Of a stretch of 64,000 nucleotides of DNA, positions 36,901 to 49,400 are shown in pieces (position 1 is the first letter of the stretch; the number at the start of each line of letters is the position of its first letter). Position numbers and translations under genes: made by a program. The DNA is taken from contig CBFFRQ010000077.1 of the NCBI GenBank assembly GCA_965644315.1, positions 76,144 to 140,143 of the forward strand. The letters are read 5' to 3'. The notes beneath the pieces were generated by a model. That model did no database searches and had not been told where the DNA came from. It worked only from the letters and a program-made list of their open reading frames with translations. Source of the stretch: Caecitellus pseudoparvulus. Its lineage: Eukaryota; Protista; Bigyra: Bicosoecida.

Positions 36901-38517
36901 TACGAGTCCAAGTTCGGCAAGACTGCGTGCAAGAACCTCTGTTCCGCGGGCTTCTTCTGTCCAGAAGGCTCGACGCAGGATCGGGTACAGGCCTGTGCAG
37001 CTGGCAAGGACTCGCCTCAAGAATGGTACTGCCCAGAGGGCGTGCCATCACCCATGCGCACGTCAGACTACACTGCAGCTTCTTCTCCTGGACAGTACAC
37101 CCCAGCCTACGAACCACCCACTCAGCGCACCCAAGCTACGTCCTGCTCAGGCGGCACAGCGTGCTGGAAAGGCGTGCAGTACCCGAGGCTAGCCTTCGCA
37201 GATGACGTGTGCAAGAACGGCTTCGGCTCCATCACTGCGACAGTCCCCAGCCTGGTGGGCGAGTCCACTATCACAATCGAGCCACATACCTTGACAGTGC
37301 AGGAGAGGATGTCTGGGCCGCTGCCCACTCCCATGAGCGCTGGTCTTGTGAGTTTCTCAGTGGGGGGCGCCCTATCTGCGCCGGGCTGCAAAGCAAGCAA
37401 CCCATTTACACTGTCATCGGACGGTGTGCTGACCATGTCAGGGGCCATGTCCCCGTTTGAGTGCTTCTTCTGGGCGGTCCGGGTCAGGGCGAGGGCATCA
37501 TCTACCACCATAACATGTGATATAATTGTCCGCATGCAAACTGACGAGGGTGCGATTCGCGAGCCTGCTGTGAGCATCGCAGCGGGGTCAGGACACGTCT
37601 GCTACATTTCACCGCCGGCTTCCACCACGTCCTTGGGCGGCAACTTGATCTGCCTGGCAAGTGGCGGGGATTCCACTCGTGAGAAAACGCTGGCAGCTCC
37701 CTCGTCATTGTATGGATGGATGCAAGTGGTAGCGGGTGCGGCACACGTCTGCGGTTTGGATTTTCTGGGCAATGTTGTGTGCTTTGGGCGCCAGCATGTA
37801 TCCAGCCGCGGCACAGAGCATGTGTGGAGCACCCCAACTGACTGGGGACGTGCCCGCAGTGTGTCCGCAGGCGAGGACTTCACCTGCGTCATCGCTGTAG
37901 GAGTGAAGAAGGGGGACGCAGTGGAGGGTGCAGGGCGCCTGCACTGCATCGGATCCAACGCGGAGCTCGGCTCTGCTTGGGCGGCGGCACAGCCAAGCTT
38001 CATGGACAAGCAGATCGCCGCAGTCTCCGTGGGTGGCAACGCAGTCTGTACCATTGCCTCCAGCGACGGCAGCCTCGCCTGCTTCGGCACGTCGGGCGCT
38101 TCTCGCTTACTGGCCAGCGTGCCGACTGGCGCGTTCAAGCAAGTCTCTGTGGGGCTGACTGGAAACGCCTGTGGTCTACGGCGATCTGACTCCAAACTGC
38201 TGTGCTGGGGTGCGCAGTGGTCCGTTGGCACCATGGAGTACCCGGCCGCCTTCACCGCCGTGGCTGTGGGGGAGGACTGGATCTGCGGCGTGTTGCTTAG
38301 CGACAGCAAGCTGCAGTGCTACGGGAACATCATCCCGCGGGTCTTCTCCTCCTACAGCAACATCCCCACAGAGCCAGTCGTGCAGGTGGCGGCTGGCAAG
38401 GACATGCTCTGCGTCACGCAAACGTCCGGCTTGGTGCAGTGCTTTGGGCGCAGCCAGGTCAGCGCAAGTGCAGTGTCGCGGCTGGGCGAGGGTGTGCTGG
38501 CCCTGCTGCCCATGTGA
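30990..38517 (+). CDS. Giant secreted Cys-rich protein (~2486 aa): signal peptide, LRRs, many CxxCPxG repeats, cadherin/Ig-like domain, 7 RCC1/crinkly-like repeats; intron 31828-31894
   Basis: MALIAALVLSQVSRSVA signal, LRRs (LEHIEEGAFEGLSGV, LQSLDLQETKI), dozens of CxxCPAGxY (TNFR/ephrin-receptor-like, GCC2/3) units and C-terminal VxAGxxHxC...CFG repeats. A 67-nt GTGAGT...ACAG intron joins the two listed ORFs in frame. Confidence 0.8.
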
Positions 38518-39218
38518 GCCGCTTGAGCTCACAACTTGGCTTCTCCACACCACTTCGCTTAGGTTTGGGAGCGCTTGAATGTTCATCTTGACTATCTTCC
38601 ACTGTTCAGGTCTTTTCCCTTCGTGTCCGTTCTTCTCACCTTACCGCAGCCTTGCAGTCAGATAGAAGCGCTGAGCACAGCATGCCTGGCATGCCAGCCA
38701 GGTCCGAGCTCAAGGGGCTTCCACACCAAACGATATTTTGGAACAAGCTCTTGGGCTGCCGCTGCAACACCTACTGTCCAATTCACTTGCTTTTTGTTGT
38801 GCAACGCAGGGCTGGGACACATGAAGATGGGTGTTGGTCTCTAAAGGTCCACTTCGGCGTCATTGACGTCTGAATCCAAGCAGCATGCAAACGTTCTCAT
38901 CTAGCATGGTGTTATTGATGCCCTCTCTCGCAATTTCGCACTCAGTGATAGTTTCGACGTGCCAGGGATCATCGCGTGTCGTGAACGATGAACTGCGCCA
39001 CCTTTCGCCTTGATACTCTGAAGCAAATTCAGAGAAGAACACAAAATCACGCACAGACCCTTAACTTATTGTGTTCCCTATGCGCTGTCTCATTTTGGAA
39101 CGCACACTCCAGTTTTTGAGCCGCTGCGGCGCGTTCGCCTGCTACCTCGAGGTTGCGGAAATCGGTTCCACAGCCGTCTCCCTCCTTGTGCACCGTGCCT
39201 GGCCCCAAAGCTTCTAGC

Positions 39219-39898
39219 ATGGAGTGGAGGGAGCTTCACGCAAACCTTGGTCATTTACTTCTTGGGGACGCCCCAAGCCTGGCTCGGCACCACTGGTGCG
39301 TGGTTTCTGGGGTTTGGCGTTGGTGCCTGCTGCTCACTTCCCACATCATTTCATTCACCCCTTGTTGCGCAGCGTTTTAGGGCTCGCATCTGGCATCAAT
39401 GAGATCCTCTGCCCTGCATGTGGCGTGCTGCTCGTATCTGGCGTGACGGGTTCGCACTGCATTGAACGGGTCAAGCCGAGCAGCGCAGCGTCTGGGACAG
39501 CCGGTCTGGACACGCCCCGGCGACGAAGGCAGCGAAAGTACCGATGCCGGGTCAACTGCACAGCGTGCGGGCATCAGGGCACTCTACCCATATCCCAACC
39601 ACGTGAGGCTCGCAAGAAACGCTCCCGTGGCGAACGCAGGCGCCGCGCCGTCGCGGCTGCCGCGGCAGCTGACGCCAAGACGCAGCAGCGGCTGGCATTG
39701 GAAGCGATTAAAGGTCGTGGGTTGCAGGTCATCGGTGGCGGCTCTTTGGCCTCCTCCTGCAATCGACTCCCCCCCAGCGCCGCCCGGGGCAAGCTGGGGT
39801 CGGGCCTCGCTGCGACCATGGGCATGGCTTCGTCGGCGCCTGCGACCAAGTCGTCTTTCCTGGCACTGGGGGCTGCCCTGAGGGGAGGGGGGCTGTGA
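39219..39898 (+). CDS. RNase P/MRP Rpp21/Rpr2/Snm1-like zinc-ribbon protein; intron 39296-39372
   Basis: PSLARH helix followed by CPACGVLLVSGVT...VNCTACGH and a basic tail. Confidence 0.6.
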
Positions 39899-40653
39899 GC
39901 CTCACGTGTCTGACTCGCGCTGGCGCTTGACCCCCCCTCGCTGTGCAGGGGGGGGTGGCGCAGGGGGGACGTCCCATCTGGAGGTGGGGGGGGGGGCCCA
40001 GGTACCGGCACCCCCCCCCCGGTAGAGGGCGGGGGGGGCAGGGGTGGAGACGCCTGGGTGGCCCATGCAGGGCGGGTGGCTGCAGATGTTCCACGTTGGG
40101 GCGCTGCGTGTTCCCGCTGCGCCGCGCGCAGCGCTGCAGGTGCAAAGCCAGGCACATCCACGTCAGCAGGCACCTGCCAGGTGACGCGGCCGTCCAGCGT
40201 GTTCCACCAATACACCGCCCCAGTGTCTTTCACCTGCACTGGTCGCCATGTCGGCGCCTGGCTCGCTGCCTCTTGGCGTGTTGCAGGGTGCCTCCAGCTG
40301 CTGGCGCCAGCCGCGTCGTAGTAGTACGTGGGCCCATCGGGCGGCACCCGGGCTGCCTTCCAGCCAGCAGGGAGACCTTCCACTGTAACAGGCACTGGGG
40401 CAGCTCTGGGGCGGGCGTGCAGGGCTGAGGCTGCCTGGGTTTGGGCCTTGGCTGCGGCTTGCGCCTTGCTTCGCTGCTGCACCATGCGCAGGGTGTTGTC
40501 TCGAGAGGCGCTGAGGCGAGGAGGGGCCGCCCGGGCAGAGGTGCCGACACTCTGACCAGCCTTGTTTAGATGTGCTCTGGCTGCGTCACGTGCTTTGCGC
40601 GCTGCGATCTCCTCTGCCGCGCGGTCAGCCAGGGACTTGGGTCGGGCTGGCAT
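39574..40653 (-). CDS. Tandem WW-domain protein (3' end uncertain)
   Basis: LPAGWKAARVPPDGPTYYYDAAGASSWRHP and WRPVQVKDTGAVYWWNTLDGRVTWQVP, followed by a Pro-rich tail. Confidence 0.7.
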   Translation of the reverse strand: MPARPKSLADRAAEEIAARKARDAARAHLNKAGQSVGTSARAAPPRLSASRDNTLRMVQQRSKAQAAAKAQTQAASALHARPRAAPVPVTVEGLPAGWKAARVPPDGPTYYYDAAGASSWRHPATRQEAASQAPTWRPVQVKDTGAVYWWNTLDGRVTWQVPADVDVPGFAPAALRAAQREHAAPQRGTSAATRPAWATQASPPLPPPPSTGGGVPVPGPPPPPPDGTSPLRHPPLHSEGGSSASASQTREAHSPPPLRAAPSARKDDLVAGADEAMPMVAARPDPSLPRAALGGSRLQEEAKEPPPMTCNPRPLIASNASRCCVLASAAAAAATARRLRSPRERFLRASRGWDMGRVP

Positions 40654-40834
40654 GGCGGGCAATTTCCGCAGCCTCCAGCACGGGCAACTGCTCACAACGC
40701 CTCCAGAAACAATCCAATAAGTCGCAGAATAAAGAAAAAACAGGTATTCGTTTGTGCGCAGTCGCACTTGGAGTGCCTGCTGCACCTCATTTTTCTGTTG
40801 TAGCCAACTGTCGCTTGTGTGCGGCTTGCTAGCC

Positions 40835-41310
40835 ATGACTGAGGCAGGGCAGCAAGACGCCGAGGCCATCAGCAAGCAGCTGTATGAAACAATGAAGCCG
40901 CACGTCAAAGCTTGCAACGAGCAGCTGGAACAGATTGTGGACAACCAGCAGCGCACTGCCGCTGCCATTGAGGCCTGCCTGGCTCGTGAGTGTGCAACGC
41001 AGGCGAAACGCTGGTCTGCTCCCTTGCCCGTATCTTGCATGCGCTTCGCTCACGTGACGTAGAGCTGGGCGAAGCTGGCAGCATTGAAATCTCAGAACAC
41101 ACAGCAGAGCTGCCTCTGCGTCTGCATGCTTTGCGCCGGCGAGCTGCAGCGGTGCAGAAGACTCTGACTGGCGCTGCAGCTGACTTGGCGCGCACCAGCG
41201 CATTGCTGGCGAGCCACGGCTTCCAGGGTCCGGTTCCTGCTGGGCAGGACACGACTGAGGATGAGGAAGTCCAGAGTCAGCCCGGCAGTGTCGCAGCTGA
41301 CTCTCCGTGA
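40835..41310 (+). CDS. Snapin/Pallidin-like BLOC-1/BORC subunit; intron 40986-41062
   Basis: Small coiled-coil protein with the pattern AISKQLYETMKPHVKACNEQLEQIVDNQ...LPLRLHALRRRAAAVQKTL, as in Snapin. Confidence 0.6.
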
Positions 41311-41605
41311 GGTGGGTGCGGGGGCAGTCTCATGTGAGCAAGCCGTCAACCCTCTCATGTTGGAGGAGGGCCAAGAGCACGGATCTGGAGAGTACAGGGC
41401 AGAGAACACAGGCAGCATGGACGCAGTGTGCGTGTGTTGATGTGCTACTGATGCTTCCTGGCGTGGAGGGGGTGCAGCGCTGAGTCATTGGAGGCAGAGT
41501 CGTGCAGCTGAGGCTTGTTGCCAAATGCACCCCTTCACGCGACACCACGGTTCCTGTGGCCCACATTATGGAATGTCCTGTTGTATCGCCCCACACACAC
41601 CACGC

Positions 41606-43253
41606 ATGAGTTCTCGGCGCACGGGGGGTGGCAAGCGCGCTCGGGCTGCGCCTGCTCCCGCGGCCGGCGCAGGAAGTGGCAGTGAGGGGGAAGCATGGGT
41701 GCCGGAGGAAGAAGAGTGGGGCGTGGAGATCCAGCCCCAGCCAAAGGTGGCAAGAAGGGGCGGAGCTGGTGGAAAGGTGTGGCGCAGTTGCGAGAGGCCT
41801 TTACGCACGGCGCCGCGCAGCGTTTGCTGCACGTTTCATTCAAATGCCGCAGGCGAAACGCGGGCGCAAGGCAAGCAAGGCCCCAGGCTCAGGCAAGGCG
41901 CCCACTGCGCGGAAAGTGACACCAGAAGAAGCACTCGCGCCGGTTGCGGCCCTGCAGTCCAGCATGCACACTGCCACAGCCCATGGTGCGGGTGACGCCA
42001 CGTTGCAATCACTCGGCTACTCTGGCGTGCGGGAGGTGGCTGAGACGGGGCCGGTGGCGGTGCAGCGCCGCATCGAGCACATTGTGGCTGAAGTGGCACG
42101 CAGCATCCTAGAGGGGCATGGCTTTGCGTACGCCGTGCCGAATCGCGGCGCGTCGAACCAGATGTACATCGCGGAGCTGGATCGCATCGTGCTGCGCGAC
42201 AAGCTCAGCGTGCGACCCTTCGTCGGCACGTCCACGGTTCGCAAGACCGCCATCATGACACGTGTCATGCAGCTGGTGCACGAGGTGTTGTCCAAGAACA
42301 TCCACACCACCAAGCGTGACCTGTTCTACACCGATGTGAAGCTGTTCAAGAGCCAGGAGGAATCTAACGCAGTGCTGGATGACGTCGCCTGCATGGCCGG
42401 CTGCACCCGCACATCCCTGCACGTAGTGGCCTCCGAGAAGGGCGTCGTGGTGGGCCGACTGCAGTTTCGAGGTGCGCCGTGTGCTGGCAGCTGCACCGCA
42501 CCCCCCCCTTCACACCCCTCCCACCTCCCTTGCACAGAGGACGGGGACTTCATCGACTGCAGCCGCATGGGTGTTGGGGGCAAGGCCATCCCCCCATTCA
42601 TCGACAAAATCACAGAGCTCACATCAGACGCGAAGTTCGTGCTGCTGGTGGAGAAGGACGCCGCCTTCATGCGCCTGGCAGAGGACAGGTTCTACAACAA
42701 GTACCCCTGCGTCATCATCACGGCCAAGGGTCAGCCCGACGTCGCCACACGCCTGTTCCTGCGCAAGGTCAAGATGACCCTGGGCATCCCCGTGCTGGGG
42801 CTGGTGGATGCCGACCCGTACGGGCTGAAGATCCTCTCCGTGTACATGTCCGGGTCCAAGGCCATGAGCTACGACTCGGCATCCCTGACGACGCCAGACA
42901 TCAAGTGGCTGGGCGTGCGCCCCAGCGACCTGGACAAGTACGCCATTCCCGAACAGTGCCGCCTGCCCATGACGGAGAAGGATATCAAAACGGGCAAGGA
43001 CCTGCTGAAGGAGGATTTCATCGCCTCCAACCCCGCCTGGCACGCCGAGCTGCAGACCATGGTGACTAGCAAGGTGAAAGCGGAAATACGTGCGTGGCGC
43101 ACCCTGAACCGGAAACAAGCCGCCTCTTGCGTGAATGTTCACCCCCCCCGCTCCCTCCTTCGCACGCACACAGAGTCCTTATCTTCGTACGGCTTCCAGT
43201 ACCTGACAGAGGTGTACCTGCCGCAGAAGCTGGCCGACGGGGATTGGATTTAG
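41606..43253 (+). CDS. TOP6A: DNA topoisomerase VI subunit A (SPO11-3/TOP6A type); introns 41777-41852, 42472-42537, 43090-43173
   Basis: Catalytic Tyr in [23 protein letters not shown], Toprim motifs [33 protein letters not shown] and KAEIQ. Confidence 0.92.
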
Positions 43254-43460
43254 CCCAGACAGGGCAGCCTTGTTTACTTTCGCAAGTCACTGTCCAGAAC
43301 AACGCAGCGATCTTCACAGCAGCACAGAGCGAGGTGCATCCAAATTGTGCATTCACCAGCGCCCTGCACAGTGCAGGTTCACAACGGGGAGAGGAAGTAG
43401 CACTCACACACACGGCGCACCAATCACGTTCACACACAGTCTCTCCAGCACATGCCCCCC

Positions 43461-46400
43461 TCACGCGAGCTTGCCCTGCATGGCGCGGTACGCTTCCATC
43501 CACAGCTTCAGCGTGTCCACCCACCGCCGCGCCTCGGGGGCCACGGTGGTCTCCAGGAACAGGGTGCGTTTCTCCGCCTGCACCCACAGGCAGCAGGCCG
43601 GGTCGGCGGGTTTGGGCCCGAACACGCCCTTCTTCTCCACCACGTGCTTGGCGCCGGGGCCAGCGTGCACGTCCAGAATGTGCACGATGTCCAGGGCGCC
43701 CTGCCGCGCGTGGGTCTTGGGGTGCAGCCACACAATGGACTTGAAATCGTCACTGGCCCGCACCACGACGTCCTTGCTACCCTTCCCATCCCACTTCTGC
43801 ATGGTGTTGCCGGACAGCAGCGCGTGGCGGGCGGCGTCGAAGCGCTTCATGAGCGCCGCTAGCTTGGCCGCCAGCTCGCTCTCGCTCTCCTCCGCCTTCT
43901 CGCTGGACAGGTTGGCGGCTGCGGCGTTGCCGAGAGACTTCAGCGCCTCCATGGTGATGAGGGCAGACTCGCACGCCTCCTGCAGTTCCGGCTCCGCCTT
44001 GTGCACATCCATGATGGTGCGGACAAGGGCCTCCCCACCCTCGTCCACGACGATGCTGCAGGCCTCGGTGGAGGTGGACGCCAGCTGGTCCAGGGTGGTG
44101 ATGGCCTCCAGCAGCAAGTACACGTCATCGGGGTGCTTGCTCACGGCGGCAGTGATGGAGTCGATGCCGCCGTACTGCACGACGGCCTGGAAGGCTTGTT
44201 CGTGCTTGGCCAGCAGCGCCAGCACCTTAAAGGCACGCTCCACAACGCGGGGGTGGTCCATGTACCGCTCGACAGCCTTGATGATGAGGGGGGTGCCCTC
44301 GTCTCCCACCAGCCGCATGAGGTCCTCTGCGAAGCACACGCGCTGCAGCACGCGCAGGGACTGCTTCACGACAGACCGCGCCATGCCGGTCCACGTTCGC
44401 AGGGCGGTGAGGATGACTGGCAGCCCCTGCCGAGCCCGCAGCGCCGCGAGGCCTGCGTCGTCTTCACAGGTCATGGACAGGATGGCCAGGCTGAAAATGA
44501 CGGGGTCTTCGGAGGAGGCGAAGGACTCCAGCGCATCCACGACCGCCGCCACGCCGCCACCGGCCACGAACTTCAAGCAGGCGGCGTCGCACTCCGTGAC
44601 GCTGATGAGGGCTGACAGGGCCTGCGTCACCACTGACTCATCGTACTCGAAGTCGCGCAGGGCGTCCAGCAGCGGCTGCACCAGCACCACGCCCTCCGCC
44701 ATGACTGCCTCCACGACATCTGGGTCGTCCAGGATGCTGGCTAGCGCCTTGCACACTGCCATGACGACGTCTGGGGCGCTGCCGAACTCCTCCAACAGGT
44801 GCATCAGCGCGGCGACGGCGCGTGCCTCAGCCAGGGCCAGGCGCAGTGCCCCTGGCTGCCACGCGCCGACGTCCATGGAGCCGTCGGGCGGGTCGTCTGA
44901 CTCGGCGTCTGCGACGTGCAGGAAGCAGGATGCGAGCAGGGGCGCCTGGTCGGCAGAGGTGTCCTCCATGAAGGCACGCGCCTTGCAGGCAGCTGTGAGG
45001 TGCTGCCCACCCCCGCCACAGGCCAGGAACTGCGTCGCGTGCTGCCCCTTGGTGATGAAGGCCAGCAGCGTCAGCACGTTCTGCACCTGTTCCTCATCAG
45101 TCACGCTGGCGTCGGCGGTGAACGCGACCAGTGCCGGGCCCACGTGCACCGCCACGCCGTACGAGTGCTTGCTAGACACGGCGGCGATGTTGCGCACTGC
45201 AGCGAGGAGGGACCGAAGGACGGCGGCATCCCACCGCCACGCCAGCACCGCCCCCCCCAGCGCCTGCAGCAGGGCGGCGTCCAGGAACTCACCAGGCACG
45301 TCTGCGCCTGCCAGTGCTAGCATGGTCAGCACACTGGCGCCAGCCTTCACCACAGAGGCACAGTGCAGCCACGTGCCGGGCTCCGGCTCCGCACCCCCCT
45401 CCACATCCGCAGGGGATACCCCAGCCCACGCATGGGCCGTGAGCATGGCCAGAGCCCCTGCCCTCACCAGTGGCGCTCGGATGGAGGGCAGGCTGGCCAG
45501 GCGGGTGAGCAGGAAGAGCGTGCCGCCCATGCCCTCTTCGCTGCCTATGGCGGCACACAGCAGGCCCAGGGTGACGTAACCCACCTGTGCCTGGGTCAGG
45601 CAGGTGAAGGTCGCGTCGCCAGCGGCGGCGCTGTCGGCGCCTGCGACCAGCTCTGCCATGTTGGCCGAGTCGCGGATGAGGGCGCCGATGGTGCGGGCGA
45701 TGGGCCCGGTGAGCTCTGGGCACCGGCGGATCTTGGCAGTGGCTGCGAGCAGGGTGGCCAGTACGCCCGCGTCCACCACCTCCACCTCCCGTCCCATGCT
45801 CTCCACTGTGCTGTGCAGGGTGGTCACGCGCTGGGCCAGGTCGCCGTACACGGTAGGCGCCTCCCACACCGCCTCCCCCGTGGACAGGTCAGTGTAGAAG
45901 AACACGCCTTCGTCAGGGGACAGGGTCTTGGTCACGGCGAGGCCCTCGGGTTGCGACTCGGGGTCGCGCAAGAGGTCTGCCGGGTCCACGGTCGTGCCTG
46001 GCGCCGTCGCGTTGATGGCCTGCACCAGGTCCAGCGCCATGCCTGTCACGACGTTCAGGGCGTCGGGGTCGAACTTGCCATCCAGAGCCTCCAGTGCCGT
46101 CTCAAACATGGCCGCTTCCTCAGCCTCGGCGGCGGTCGCAGTGCGACGTGCCACCACCATGGCCTGCATGCCTCGCTCGGACAGGTGCACCTCGTCCATG
46201 CTCAGGCCGCGGGAGACGAGGCCGATGATGTCGGCGGCGCGACCTGCGACGGCGTGGTCGACGCCCACGTCGCTGCGACCACGCCCCCCTCGCCCCGTGC
46301 TGTACAGCCCCACCGTGTCCGACAGCGTGGCCATGGCCCAGTCCTGGCCCAGCTCCCGCAGCACGGCCATGGAGCCCGTCACAGCGAGACTGCGGAGCAG

Positions 46401-49400
46401 CTTGAGCAAGTGCGTGGCATATGCTTTGTTGTCCATGTTCTGCTCCAGCGCAGCCACCAGCACGTGCACGCCGCCGCCGTTCACAAACGCGTCGGAGGCA
46501 GGTGCGGAGAAATAGGTCGGCGGGTCCGCCTCCTCCACGCCAGGTGCCTGGGACACTGACATGAGCATGCCCACGCACATGTCCAGCATTTGCCCGTCCC
46601 CGCCCGGCGACCTGCCGGCGTCGCCCTCACCGCCGCCCGTCGCAGCGGTGGACTCGGCTGCCACCATGGTCGCAGCCAGGGCCGCCAGGGCACTGGGGCT
46701 GCTCGACCAGGCGGGTGGGTCGGCTGATGTGCCGGTGATGGGGCTGTCGCCCTCGCCGCCCCGCATGGCGGCCTGGGCCGCCGCCACGGCGCCCGCCTCC
46801 AGCCCCTGCTGGGCCAGGAGACCGGCCAGGGTGGCCTTGGTGGTGTCGGGGTCGACGCTGGCGGCGGCCTGCTGCACGCCTCGGCGTGTCGCAAGTGCCG
46901 AGCCCCGCCGCCGGTCCGCCGCGCTGGACGCCTTGCCGGACCGGTGCAGGGCGGCGGAGGAGGAGGCGGCGGCAGCGACGCCTGCGACCTCGCTGCCCAG
47001 CACCTTCCACAGCGCCTCGTCGGCAGCCGCGTCGTCGCTGGTCGCAACTGCCGACACCAGGCGCTTGAACTGCTCCTGCCCCGCAGGCCCCGCCTGGGCG
47101 GTGGCCACCAGCACCTTGCCCAGCGCTTCGCTGGAGCCGGTCGAGCCGCCAGCACTGCCTCGGCGACCCACTGCCGCGACGTCGTCAGCTGCGACCTGCG
47201 CCATGGTCGCCAGGGCCCCCTGTGCCGCATTGGCCTGTCCCTCAGCGCCAGCGCTGCGGGCAGCTGCCGAGTTGGACAGCTCGTCGGCCAGGGCCACGAG
47301 CTGGTCGCAGCCGCCAGCCGACGCGACCGCCGCCACGCCAGCCCCCGTCGCGCCCAGGGTGCCGAGGCACTCAGCCAGGTGCTCCGCAGTCAGGCGGGCC
47401 TGCACAGACAGCATGTGCGCGCCGCTCTCCCGCAGGCGCTGGCAGCCGTCTGTCAAGGCATCACACACGGGTGTCAGGCAGGGTGGCTGCGCCTTGGCCA
47501 GGGCCACACAGGCGCTGGCAGCTGCTCGCACCGCGACGGCGTGGGGTCGCAGCAGCAGTTCGTCGTCTGGCGAGCCGGAGGTGGACCCCAGGTGCCGCAC
47601 CAGCTGCACGAGTGCTGCGCGCAGGGCTGCGATGGCGTCCAGCGCTGCCGTGGTGGTTGCAGGGTCGTCGGTGGACCCCAGCATTCCGTCAATGGCCAGC
47701 AGAGCCGACACCTGCTGTACGTGGTCTGCAAGGGCATCGGCGGCGGCGGTGTCGCCCTCCTCCGCGGTGGCCGCGTCGCCGGTGGCGCCCTCCGTATTAC
47801 GCAGCAGCTGCTGCACCTGCGACCCCGCCACGCCCAGCGCCGACAGCGCCGCCTTCCCCGCACCGGCCACAGCTGCATCGCCACCTGAAGCACTCAGCGC
47901 AGCCACCACGAAGTCAGACCCTGCACTGGCGCTGGTGCCGTCGCCCAAGGCACCCGTGCGCGCTGCGTCGGCGACGGCCTCCACGACCGCGGCGGCGGCG
48001 GCGGCATCCCCCACCAGGCCCTCCACGCTCCCCGCCTTATCCAGCACCTTGCCCACGGTGTCCGCCTCCGCCACAGCGGCCGCCGTGGCCTCATCCCCGG
48101 CCACAGCGCCTGCGAGGCGGGCCGCCGCGGCGACGATGGCGCGCTGCTGCTCCTGGGTGCCTGGTGCGTTGCGGCCCGTGTGCACGTCCAGTGCGTTTCG
48201 CAGCACCTCCAGCCCCCCACGCTCCACAACAGCGGCGCGCACGGCAGCCGCGTCGCCCCCATCGCCCCGCCCCGCCACGGCCAGGAAGCGCAACGCACCC
48301 AGCACAGCCTCAGGCGTCGCGTCACCAGCTGACTCATCCAGCCACATCACGGCCGCAGCGGCTTGCTCCGGTCCACACAACGCCTTGGCCGCTGTCGCCA
48401 GGCGAGTCACACTGCCCTCGTCCTGCGCTGCCGCTAACGCAGCTGCGGTGCCAGCGGCACTCGCCCCGGCACTACGTAACGCATCAGCTGCGGCAGCCTC
48501 CTGGGCGCTGTCTGACGCGCCGCCACTGCGCTGCGCCGCAACAGCAGATGCGGCAGCCGATGCCGCTGCAATGTCAGCGGCAGCGTGAAACGCAGCAGCG
48601 GCCATGTCCGCATCCACCTCCTCCTCCGTGATGCCGCACAGGAGAGTGGAGAGGCTGCCGCCACCCTCCTCGCCGCTGCCTGACGCAGCGATGATGCCGG
48701 CGGAGGCGGTGGCGGGGTCGGCGACTGCGACCTGCCGCAGCATGGACAGCGCCTCCGCCTTGCCCTCGGTCGAGCCCTCCCACGCCAGCACTGTCTGCGC
48801 AAACCCGACAAGGTCGGCGGCAGGCACCCCCCCCTCCTCCAGGCTGACCCCCCCTCGCATGAGGTGCGTCAGCGACCGCAGTGAAGCGCCCAGCAGGCCT
48901 CGTCGCACCTCCTCGCTCCCAGCGCCGTGGGCGGCGTTTGCGACCTGCATGACTTGCGACAGGGCGTCGCCGCCGGCACCGGCCGCCAGCTGGCCAGCGA
49001 AGGCGCTGGTGGAGGCAAGGTTGCCGACGCTGCGCACAGCGGTGATGAGGTCGTCCAGGGCCGCGAGGTCGTCACCTGCGACCAGCGTCGCGACGGAGGG
49101 GGCCAGCTCCTGCAGCGCCTGCAGACTGGCGGTCAGGTCGTCTTCGGTGACAAGGTGCCGCAGCAGGTCGCGCAGGGTCGCAGCGAGCACAGGGTCGCTG
49201 TCCTCCGCCGCTGACAGCGCCGTCGACACGCCCTCCACGGCGCCTTGCGACTGCAGTGCCTTGTAGGCCGCCGAGCCGGGCGGCGCGCCCGTCGCGACGA
49301 CCTTCAAGGCGCGCGCGACGGCGGTGCAGGGCTCCGACATGGTCGCATCTCCCGCGTGTGCGACCAGGTATGCGACCAGCTGCTTCGTGCCGCCCTTGGA

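Noticed and set aside
30130-39120. Transposon or endogenous virus as the cause of the lower-GC block
   Set aside because: No transposase, integrase, capsid, terminal repeats or target-site duplication is visible.
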